Shown here: positions 41,882 to 51,900 of the stretch, in pieces
Layout: each line of letters starts with the position of its first letter
Position numbering within the stretch: position 1 is the first letter of the stretch
Assembly: GCA_964019335.1 (NCBI GenBank)
Contig: OZ025744.1
Span: 62,001-126,000 of the forward strand
DNA length: 64,000 nucleotides
Origin: Diplonema japonicum
Taxonomy: Eukaryota; Protista; Euglenozoa: Diplonemea
Direction: 5' to 3'
The notes under the pieces: model-generated
The model's database searches: none
Told to the model about the DNA's origin: nothing
The model's input: the letters and a program-made list of their open reading frames with translations, nothing else
Position numbers and translations under genes: made by a program

Positions 41882-43855
41882 TCACGTACTCGCCATCACC
41901 TTCTTCCACTGCTTCCACTGGGTGTTCTGGTCGACATCTTGGCGGGGCGAGACAGGCGCACTTTTATTTATTTTTTTTTTTCCTTGAAAGAAGCAAGAAA
42001 CCCCCCCCCCCCCCCCCCAAACATACTTTGCAGCGACCCCGGCCATCTGTTGGTTAAAATGGCTGTAGTAGCTGGCGTATGCAGATGGATAATACGCTGC
42101 GAGGTAGTTGAGATAGTTGGCCCACTGTTGGTAAGTGTCTTGTTGCTGGTCTTGTTGCTGGGAGGCCTGCGGAGGGGTGAGACTGGCCCGCGAGGCAAGT
42201 GGCGAGGGAGGCGAAAGAGGATCGACCCTCTGCGTCACGGGCATGCCTGTCATCAGCCCGTCTTGGTAAGACAGTGCTTCGATTTCCAAATCGGACAAGA
42301 CCGCACGTAACTGCGTCCGCAACTCCTGCGTGCTGCGAGCGTTGTCATGGCTCCGATCGTCGGACTCAAGAACCTCCAGCTGCCTCATAAGCTCTTCCAC
42401 TTCTCTCCTTCTAGTTTGTATGCTTGCCGCATGAAGGTCGGCAAGACCTGAATCATCAGCATAGCCTGCGACCACTGGGTCAGGGCTTAGCTCCTCTTCC
42501 AACCATGACTCGTCTTCGTCTTCGTCTTCGTCTTCTTGGTCCTCTTCTTCCTCCTCCATCATCCCTTGCAACGCGGTGCGCAGGGTTTCAATCTGCTTGT
42601 CTTTGTCTTGCATTTCAGTTGTCATTTCTTCCCTAACCTGCCGGAGCTGTTCTTCCAACTCTTCAACATTTTGAGAGTCACGACCGTGGCCGTCATCGGG
42701 AGGGACATCGTCCAACGGGGGCGGGGGGTACGAAGGGGGTTGTGGTGCTCTTGTTGTCACGAAGCTGAAGACATCATCCGACACATCGCTCATGAGATCG
42801 GGAGAAGAGTGCTGGAACGGGAGGTTGATCTCCGACGGGGAACGGGGCACTGACGGCACCTCGGCAACACCGTGATGAGGGACATCGTCGTCCTTCTCCA
42901 ACATGATCATGTCGACTACCCGTTGTGACGCGTCAAGCGTGGCGATGTGAAGCTTCTGCTGCGATGTCAGAAGCGTGGCCTGTTCCTTCAAATCCTCTAT
43001 TTGCTTCCGAAGGGTCATTGGGTCCCGCGCCTCGTCCAGACGGTTGCTTAAAATCTTCGGAACGTCATGATCCTCCACACCCTCGGGGGGCGTGGGCAAC
43101 GGCGGCAACCCATGAACGGGTTCCGTTGTAGTGATCTCTCTTTTGCTGTCCGCTGGCTTGGCATCCGGTGCAGGGTTCTTAATGGTTGAAATACTTGCGA
43201 ACAACGACACACGGGGCTTTCGCCTTTCCATGTCTGCACGGGCTATTTCATTGTAAGTTGCAATGGGTATCATTTTGTCCTCGGTGCGAGGGGGGACCCA
43301 TCCGTCGGGTTTTTTTAAGTTCAAAGCGGGATGGATTTCTGTCCAAAGTCGGGGGAATGACGAAACCCGCATGTCGGCAGGTGGGTTGAGGTGCCTGACA
43401 CAGGTGGTAAGAATCGCACAGACCTTTTCGATGTCCTCTGGGTCATTGAAGGACAGAAGCATATCGTATTGCGGCCTCTGCTGCTCGGGTGCGATCCGCA
43501 GGGCGATTTTTCGCGGGGTTTCGTTAGGCAACATTATGAGTTCGGTGATCTGCCCGATCGGCACGCACCTCGTCGCGATGGCGTCAGCATGCCGCAGCGA
43601 CGCCAGCTTCTCACCGGCATATGCCACGATTAGATACGTCCTGCTTATAATCATCATTCTGTTGTAAGCCTTCCCCTTTTTCTCATGCCCGTACCGCTTC
43701 ACCATCTTCAAGAACAGCACTACTGACGCCCCCAGGTCACGGTGTCGGAAGAGCGCGTTCTCGAACGCGGTTTCTGTTTGCTTTTTGGGGCACTTCCCGA
43801 CCTTCAACACCAACGGCAGGCTTGTAACCGGGTCCAACACAGTTCCACGGGACAT
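41882..43855 (-). CDS. Hypothetical protein (PH-like N-terminus, coiled coils); probable 66-nt intron 41961-42026
   Basis: 657-aa ORF; in-frame GTATGT...(G)n...AAATAAAAG segment otherwise encodes low-complexity sequence. Confidence 0.75.
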   Translation of the reverse strand: MSRGTVLDPVTSLPLVLKVGKCPKKQTETAFENALFRHRDLGASVVLFLKMVKRYGHEKKGKAYNRMMIISRTYLIVAYAGEKLASLRHADAIATRCVPIGQITELIMLPNETPRKIALRIAPEQQRPQYDMLLSFNDPEDIEKVCAILTTCVRHLNPPADMRVSSFPRLWTEIHPALNLKKPDGWVPPRTEDKMIPIATYNEIARADMERRKPRVSLFASISTIKNPAPDAKPADSKREITTTEPVHGLPPLPTPPEGVEDHDVPKILSNRLDEARDPMTLRKQIEDLKEQATLLTSQQKLHIATLDASQRVVDMIMLEKDDDVPHHGVAEVPSVPRSPSEINLPFQHSSPDLMSDVSDDVFSFVTTRAPQPPSYPPPPLDDVPPDDGHGRDSQNVEELEEQLRQVREEMTTEMQDKDKQIETLRTALQGMMEEEEEDQEDEDEDEDESWLEEELSPDPVVAGYADDSGLADLHAASIQTRRREVEELMRQLEVLESDDRSHDNARSTQELRTQLRAVLSDLEIEALSYQDGLMTGMPVTQRVDPLSPPSPLASRASLTPPQASQQQDQQQDTYQQWANYLNYLAAYYPSAYASYYSHFNQQMAGVAAKYVWGGGGGVSCFFQGKKKINKSAPVSPRQDVDQNTQWKQWKKVMAST

Positions 43856-43983
43856 TTTCTTTTTTTTATGGGGGTCCCCCCCCCTGAATGAGCTTTTTTT
43901 TCTTTTTGGAAGGAATCACTTTGTAAAAAAAAAATAAGGGGGCAAACCAGGAGACACCAACGTTCGGTAAAACGGGGGGTAGA

Positions 43984-44172
43984 GGGGGGGGGGGGGGGGG
44001 GGGGGGGGTCATATTAGCCTTTAAAACGTTGATTAAGTCACTTTTTTCAGTTTTGCCAAACAGAAAAAAAAGGTTTCTATGTCCCTTTTATAGGCCGTTA
44101 GACACATTCTTTGACAAAACTGAAAAAAAAGTGACTTTAATCGACCACATATGACCCCCCCCCCCCCCCCCG
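43984..44172. repeat. MITE-like inverted repeat bounded by a G-run and a C-run
   Basis: (G)nTCATAT...GATTAAGTCACTTTTTTCAGTTTTGCCAAA (44031-44060) pairs with 44110-44142...ATATGA(C)n. Confidence 0.65.
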
Positions 44173-44280
44173 GGTGGCTATGTTGGCAAGAAACGGGGAG
44201 ACGTTTCCGTTTCCTTATTGTCAAATAAAAAAGCTAGCCTAGAGGGGGGGGGGGGGGGGGGGGGTGCGGTCGCAGTGTGT

Positions 44281-44838
44281 CTATTGTTTCAGGTCCAATA
44301 GCATTTTGAAACCCTGCTCCGCACCCCGACCCATTTTCTCGGTTCCTGAAATCCTCTCGAAGCCCATTCTCATGTAAAGCGGGACGCACGGGTTAGATGC
44401 ACGCACCGACAGTGAGATGCCCGGGTGGTTTTGCTTCTTTGCGACGCTGATGAGTTCGGTGAGGATTTTCGTACCGACACCTTGCCCGCGGGACTCCTTT
44501 GTGGTGCCGATCGCCAGCTCCGGGATGTCCTCTGCAACAAAGCCCATCGACCCAGGTAGGAACCGGTACCAACCTGCGCCGAGGAATTCGCCCGTTTCGC
44601 TGTCTTCAGCTAGTACGGCTGTGTCGCCGCTCTTCTCCCCCCACCCTTCCACGTAAGCTGCGAGTTCCGGTTTCGTTTTCGCCAGCGCTTTGTCCTCTCC
44701 ACCCTTCTCCATTTGCGCTGCTACATACAGCATATCCCATAGCCTCTCTTCGTCCTTTGCACTGTTGCTGACACGCAGCGAGCACCGTTCTCTGTTAGCT
44801 GACGTTGTTGACATCAACTGCCGTGTGCGTGACAGCAT
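44281..44838 (-). CDS. GNAT N-acetyltransferase, bacterial-like, with possible mitochondrial presequence
   Basis: YVEGWG, GAGWYR, PELAIG, RGQGVG (acetyl-CoA loop), ISLSVRASNP, LYMRMGF. Confidence 0.85.
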   Translation of the reverse strand: MLSRTRQLMSTTSANRERCSLRVSNSAKDEERLWDMLYVAAQMEKGGEDKALAKTKPELAAYVEGWGEKSGDTAVLAEDSETGEFLGAGWYRFLPGSMGFVAEDIPELAIGTTKESRGQGVGTKILTELISVAKKQNHPGISLSVRASNPCVPLYMRMGFERISGTEKMGRGAEQGFKMLLDLKQ

Positions 44839-45029
44839 GGGAGAAGGACTTTTTTTTTTTCCTCGTGTTTTGTTTGCATCACGGGAAAAAATAAATAAAA
44901 TAAAAGGAATTTACTCATACAGAATTTCTTTCTTTTTTTTTTTGTAAACGAAAAAAAAAAGTATACAAGGGCGGGGGGGGGGGGGGATAATAATACAATT
45001 TTCCTCAAAGTTACCTTAAAAAAGAAAAA

Positions 45030-46309
45030 TCACCCTTCTTTGTTCTTCTTCCCTCGGAGGTTCATAAAGCCTTTCAGAAGGGACTTCCCGGGGCTGGACG
45101 GGCTCCCAGGTTCCTTCCCCGTCGGTTGCTTCTGCTGCTGTTCACGCTTCCTTCGAAGCTGCTCCCGATCGCGGTCCCTCTGCTCCTTGAGCTCTTGGAG
45201 GCTTGCCTTGGCCTCTGACCGCATCTCGTCGAGCTGCGTCTGCGTCAAGAGGAAGGAAGATAGACCAAGAGAGATGATGGGCGCAGGATCGGTTAAGGAA
45301 GAAGCAGTGTCTTGAACCAATGTGACCACAGAGGCAAGATCTTCTGATTCAAGGATTTTTTCGGAGTAGATAGAGAGAAACGCGAGGGAGAAGGCGAACG
45401 TGAACCGTATACCGTACAACAGGTAGAAATCCCACAGTTTGAGCACGGTGGCCACAGGAAAGGAATCCACGAAGACGGTGAGAAACCACCGGACCACAAG
45501 GTTGGTCAGGCAAATATTGAATTCTTCGAGCTTCTCCACAACACCGGGAAGAGACTCTTTGACAAGATTCTCCAGTACTCTCTGATCGGCGTTGCACGAT
45601 TCCATCCCAAGCCCGTAGTAACCCCCATTATATTCTGGTGAGGTTGTCAGTCTGGTCAGGATTTCATACGCGGATTCTTCAGAGACAAAGAGCAAGAGAA
45701 TGCCGGTGATGAAGTTCATCCCTTGACAGTAACCATCGCTGTTCACAGCGCTGTATCGAAGCAGAACGGTTTGCAGTTCTTCCCTTGTGGACTGGCCAGC
45801 GTCGAAGTGGTTGCAGTCGGGGAAGGTTCGGTCCATATCTTTCTCGATGGCGATGATGGAGGGATTTGGAGTTTTCATTTCCGACGCTATTTTGTAAGGT
45901 GTGATTTGGTGCGTGATTGTATTGTGTTCTGTGAACCTTTTCCAGAGGTTTTCTCGTTCGGGGTCCGGCAGCCCGTGTTTCATCAACAGATCTAGAAACG
46001 GTTTGTTGTCCGCCGTCAATTCGTCTCGTTTGTGAATTTTCAGAAACTCTTCCATCTCCTTGCTGCGGTGGGTCCTGCCGTTTTTTTCTTCTCCGTCCAC
46101 CACGAAACCGTACCTGTCCCTTTTTCTCAGTGTCGCAGCGCGTTTCCTAGCGATATATTTCACAGGGGACGCCGGTTGTGAATTGCCCAGCCTTGCACGA
46201 AGCGCTTTACTCCTCGCGATTTGCGAGTCCAGCAACCGGATGTGATTCTTGAACAAATCATCAGGCATCACTTTGTTTTTGTGTAGGTGTCTTATCAGGA
46301 CTTCTTCAT

Positions 46310-46313
<4 letters not shown>
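45030..46313 (-). CDS. TBC-domain Rab GTPase-activating protein
   Basis: Start MDEEVL after a long A-tract; DRYGF, IEKDMDRTFP (R finger), YCQGMNF (Q finger), WFLTVF, LWDFYL. Confidence 0.9.
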
Positions 46314-46371
<58 letters not shown>

Positions 46372-46602
46372 GCAGCCTGGGAGGGAGTGGGGTTTTTTTT
46401 TGTTTCTTCTGCAACAGTAAAAAAAAAAAAAAGGTGAGAAAAAAAAAAGAAGAAAATAACAGGGGAGAGAGGAGGGAATGTGTGAAGAAAAACAAAAAAA
46501 AAAAAAAAAAAACAAAAAAAAAAAGGATTCTTATACAACTTTCAACTATCTAAAAAGAAAAAAAAAAAAAAAAAAAAAAGAAAGCTTCGCTCTCTCACCC
46601 CT

Positions 46603-48144
46603 TCACAGCATATCAACATAGGTCTCCGGCGAAAAATCATTCTTGCTCGGCACGTCCCACCTAGACTCACCACTGTGTGAATTAAAATAGTACACCCGAG
46701 AAGTAGTCGTATCAACGTGTGCAGTCCACTTTGGTGGAGAGATAGGCGGGGGGGATCGAGAGGCAGGCGGTTGCGAACGTCGGGCCCTTGTCCGGGACTT
46801 AGGGGATGCACGGACCTCTTGATGGCGCAGTTCAGCAATTCCGTTTAAAATGGCCTTTCGTGGTCCCAAGGCAGCGATACCCATTCTGACAAGGTCCTCC
46901 TCAGAGAGAAGAGACAAACTTTGAAAATCAATCTCGTTAACCGCAAAGACGTCAGCGTACTCCTTTAACCCTAGCGATTCAAGCCATACCCCAACACCTC
47001 TACATCTCGGGCTCTGTCCTCTTGTCGGGCTTGACACATGAACAGGACTCCCAGAGAAGCCTTCCCATTGCGACACAGCGGAGTTGTACTGCTGTTTCAA
47101 CAGTTCCGCCTGTCTGACCATCGCACCGTTGTTCCTGTCAGAACGGATGAGGTACTCGTTGATGAAGGCTTGTTGGTTGCGCTGGAGTTCGATGAGCTCC
47201 TTGTGTGCTTCAACCTGTTCCTGAATGGTCATTTTGAGCATTTGAACTTCTTGGAAAAGCGCGATGTAGTCCTGTTCTTGAATAGCCCATGATGTTGCTG
47301 ATGCACGGTGCTTCGGGCTGAGTTGTTTCTCGGCCTTGTGAACAGATGAAGCAAGCTTGGATCGATGCGACTCCACGGCAGACGGAGTGAGACGCGCGGA
47401 CCCAGAAGACACAGCAGGTTCAGATGTCGCAACAGAATGAAATTTTCCGGACGGTATCGGGTCTGGTTGGTCGATGTCTTGCGGAGGAGGCAGCGGAGGT
47501 GTTCTCGGACCGGGAACCACGTGCTTATCGTCCAGGTGAGACACAGACAAACGCGTGGGAACGGATGGTTTGTTAACAACCTGCTTCGGTTGAAGCGGCT
47601 TTCCCTCCGCCTCCGCCTTCGCCGACATATCATCCAACAAAGTCGTTGTCACATTAACAAGGTACTCATATGGCCTGGACTGCTTGTAAATCATGTCGAG
47701 CTTTTTGTCGAGCTGCTCGGTGTCTGCTGATTGCCCGTACTTTTCATACAGCGAGATAACAGCGTCTTTAGCTTCCGTTTTGCTTAGTTTACCATATTGT
47801 GGTGGGACCCACCCGTGTGGGGGGCCTTCACCATACAGACTTATAAGGGTTTTGATAACGATGTCAGGATTCTTGCCTGTGTTAATGACACCGTCGATTT
47901 TGTCCAATTTTGAGAAATCTCCGTACGCCGAGTTGCCATCAGGGGTTGTTGCTTTGTATAGGTAGAATCTCTCCATATAAGTACGCAGGGCCTCGGGGCT
48001 CATGACAGACTCCCGCCTGTCTTTTTGAGCCTCATCTGCCAAGTGGTCCGACGAAGGCTGTTGTTGTTGTTGTTGCTGTTGATCAGTCATTTTCTGACTA
48101 GACGCATCGCCCTTATCCTTCTTCTTCCCTAAGCCGAACACCAT
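46603..48144 (-). CDS. SAM- and WW-domain protein
   Basis: WLESLGLKEYADVFAVNEID...LGPRKAIL (SAM); WTAHVDTTTSRVYYFNSHSGESRWDVP (WW). Confidence 0.85.
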   Translation of the reverse strand: MVFGLGKKKDKGDASSQKMTDQQQQQQQQPSSDHLADEAQKDRRESVMSPEALRTYMERFYLYKATTPDGNSAYGDFSKLDKIDGVINTGKNPDIVIKTLISLYGEGPPHGWVPPQYGKLSKTEAKDAVISLYEKYGQSADTEQLDKKLDMIYKQSRPYEYLVNVTTTLLDDMSAKAEAEGKPLQPKQVVNKPSVPTRLSVSHLDDKHVVPGPRTPPLPPPQDIDQPDPIPSGKFHSVATSEPAVSSGSARLTPSAVESHRSKLASSVHKAEKQLSPKHRASATSWAIQEQDYIALFQEVQMLKMTIQEQVEAHKELIELQRNQQAFINEYLIRSDRNNGAMVRQAELLKQQYNSAVSQWEGFSGSPVHVSSPTRGQSPRCRGVGVWLESLGLKEYADVFAVNEIDFQSLSLLSEEDLVRMGIAALGPRKAILNGIAELRHQEVRASPKSRTRARRSQPPASRSPPPISPPKWTAHVDTTTSRVYYFNSHSGESRWDVPSKNDFSPETYVDML

Positions 48145-48157
48145 CTTGTTTCATTAA

Positions 48158-48193
<36 letters not shown>

Positions 48194-48717
48194 CCCTTGT
48201 TTTTTCTCCCCCCCCCTTTTTTTTTTGAGTTTGATTTTTTTGTTTTTTTTATCGGGGGGGAAAAAAAAGAAGAAAAATAAGAGGGGGGGGGAATCTAACA
48301 ACAACAGCAACGACAAAAAAAGAAGAGAAAGGTGGCTTTCTAGAATTGTGGGGAGGAGGTAATGCATTAACACCCTAACAAAAAAAACATGGGAGAATGG
48401 AAGGGGGGGGGGGGGGGGGGAAGGCCTTAAATAAGCACCTACCCACCATTCTCGTGATTGTTGGAAGGAGAAAAAAAAAAAAAAGAAGAAAAAGAGACAA
48501 GTCAGGAACTTGTCTTTTTACAAAGAAAACTTTTTTTTTTTAAAAAAAATAATACGGAGTCGGTTTGATTTTGTTTGTGCACTTTTTTTTTTTTTTTTTT
48601 TTCTTTTTTCTCTTTTCTTTTTTAAGAACAATTCAAGTTAGAATAATTCAATTGTCACTATGGCTACTTATTTTTGTTATTCGTCCATAGTCGAGTCGCG
48701 CGGAATGGGAAAAAAAA

Positions 48718-48748
<31 letters not shown>

Positions 48749-48906
48749 CGAAATCCCCCCACGTTAGGGACGGAGCGCCCTAACAAGAAAAAAAAATCAA
48801 TCTATTTCTAATAAATTCTAAAAAAAAAAGAGAAGGGGGGGGGGGTTTTTTTTGGGAAGGGGCTGACATATTTCTAAAACAAAAACACAAAAAAAAAAAA
48901 GAAAAC

Positions 48907-51900
48907 CTAATACGCAATAGGCTGCGCGGAATAGTATGTTTCACTAAGAGGATTGGCATAGTCCCGAGGAGGCCCGGGAGGAGCAAAAGAGTGCGAAGGT
49001 CGGTTAGGGCGGGGGGTGATCAACCCCTCAGCTCGGTTATGAATAGAAGGACCATACCGGGGATGGCTGTATTCAGGTTCATGCTTGTACAAACTGTAAG
49101 GCACTTTGGTGCTCGCACGGCCTTCATCCTCAAGAAGCGGGACCTCTTTACTGGGTTCCTCCTCTCGAAGGGGCGCGGGGTTATTCTCGGCGGGCGTGTT
49201 GCTTCCACACATCTTAAAGAGAAGAAACGCAACAACCAAAAAGCAGCACAAAGCAGCAAGAGCAACCACCAACCACACCCACCAAGGTATCCCATCATCA
49301 TCGTCTGAAGAAGGGCTCTGCGTCTTGCAACATGTTGCAGCGGTGCAAACATTGTTGAGGCAGTCCTTGGTAGCTGCATCGTCAACCAACGTATTACTAC
49401 TACATTGATTTACACCAAACGCCGTGCATTTCACATTCGAACACCCAACTACAGTGGCGGTCGACTCTTGTAACGTACGTCCTGCGATGGTGACTTGGTT
49501 CGGCGCCGCGCGGATTTTGTCGCTGAGACCCCGCAGCGTTTCGCACGCCGTGAGCTTGTTGCCAATTTGGTGTATCTCAAACGTAACAACATCGTGGGTG
49601 GTTCCTTCCTGCGGGCTGGACGGAGCGACCCTGCACTTTGTGATGTACCCTTGAGGGACCGACCACAACAATGACACATCCGACATTGTGGCTTTGCATA
49701 ACGCGTCTTCTGTTGTTGCGATGCCTGTAGGGAGTGACAGAGTGACGAGAAGATACGCGCCGGAGCTGTCCATGTCGATGTTGGTTACTTGGACGTCCGG
49801 TGGGTCTACGTTGTTGAAACGGAAGTCTGCCGACACACACGGTGCCATGACCACCGACAGCTGGACATCGTCGTCCAAGATGTTGTCGTCCACCCCTGTG
49901 ATGGTCACCGTTTGCAATACGCTCCAGTCGGATGTCCCAAATGTCACTTTCGTGGCTGACAGTGTTGCTTCCGTTTGGTCCGATACGCTCATCCCGCATG
50001 ACACCGGCTGTGTCGGCTGTGCGGACAGGACAACTGTGAAGGTTGAAAACAGTCCCGACTCGCCTATCGTGTGTCCCGTGGTGGGGTTTACTACCACCTT
50101 CGCCTCGTCGTCGTCTGTGTTCCACGCAGAGACGGACGCGATGCGTTGGTTCGCGTACCGCGCGTCCGTTGACATCACCGCACCGAAGTTGATGAGGTAC
50201 GGGATGTTTCCATCTGCTTCCGTGTCGTCCACACCCGTCACAAGGATGGTCTGCGGGATTCCCCAGTGGTTTATCCCCATTGCGGCACCGGATGTGAATA
50301 ATAGTGTGCTTGGTGAGACCACTCCTTCTGATACATCTGACGATGATACAGGGATCGTCACGTCGCCGGTCGGCTGGGTGTTCAGCACCACCGTGATGAA
50401 GCTGGTGTTCCCCGTCTCCGACGTGAAGACCCCCGCAGGGTTCGGAGTCACGGTGATGCCCGCAACATCATCCTCCGCGTTTAGAACAGTTATCTCAGGC
50501 ACGGCCAGCATCGAGTACCTCGGGTCTGTGCTGATGGCACCACTGCTCGTCACTTTGAACACCATGTCACCATCGTCAACTGCGTCTTGTACACCGGTGA
50601 TGGTAACGGTACGCACATCTTCCCATGACCCAGGGGTGAAGGTGACCTCGGGAGGGTCCAGCCTGCCCTCAGACGTGTCCGACGAGAAGAATCTGATCAC
50701 TACGTTCGCAGTGGGCTGGGACGTGAGCGAGACATTGACGTACGCCTTGCTGCCTGTCTCCGAAGTGCGGAGGCCTTGAGTCGGGGTAACCACTATGCTG
50801 GCCACGTCGTCGTTGATGTTGTACAGGCGTACATTAGGAGGGTCGATGTTGCTGTACACAGGGTCAAGCGTGCTCACCTGCGAGGTAATGATGTCGTACA
50901 TGATGTCGTCATCGGCGATCCTGTCCTGCACGCCCTTCACGGTGACGGTGTGGATGTGCTGCCAGTTCGACTCTTGGAACACAACCTGCGGCACATTCGG
51001 TTCGCCCTCGGTGTGGTCAGAGCTTGTCAAACCAATAGTCAGGTCGTGTGTGGGCTGCGACCCCAACCTAATCGTGAACCATGCTGTGACGCCTGCTTCA
51101 GAAGTGTTGATCCCAGATGTGGGGCTCACAATGACACCTGCCTCGTCATCATCAGCACAATACGCAGTGACAGGCGGGACGGGGAGTGCATCGTACTTAT
51201 CATCCGCCGATTGTGCGGGACCGATATTGATGGCGAAGTTAGTAAGCCCATCGGTGATGGAATCTTGAACGCCGATGATGTTCACAACAACGGGGATGTT
51301 CCAGTTCGCAGCAGTGAACTGTACGGAGTTCGGCTGCGGAAGACCTTCTGTCGTATCTGTGGACACAAGAGGGATCACCACAGTGGAGATAGGCGCGGAC
51401 TTGAGGGTCAGCGAGAATGAAGGTGTCAAACTGTTGTTCTCCGCGGTGACCAGCATTGGGTCAGATGTGACAACAATACCAGCCACGTCGTTGTCGGCGT
51501 TGATGAGTGTGCGTGCCATCCAGACCACACCGCTGTAAGAGGACTCCGAGCTCTGCGTCGTGGCCGTCACGTTGTACGAAACGTCGCCGTCGGCAACGTT
51601 ATCATCAACACCTGTCACTGTGAAGGTCTGCGGGGTGTTCCAGTTCGCTGGCGTGAACGTCATACTCGCAGGCGACAGAGACGCCTCTGTGATGTCAGAC
51701 GCCCCTACATTGACCATCACACTCAAAGCAGGTTGGGACAGGAGCTCCACAGACACCAATGCGGTGTCGCCGCTCTCAGACGTGATCAACGATGTCAGCG
51801 GGATCATCCTCACACCGGCCACGTCGTTGTCCAGATTCTTCGCGCTGACATCCGGCGGGTTGATCCCATTGTACAACGGGTCCACGCTGATAGTCGGGCT

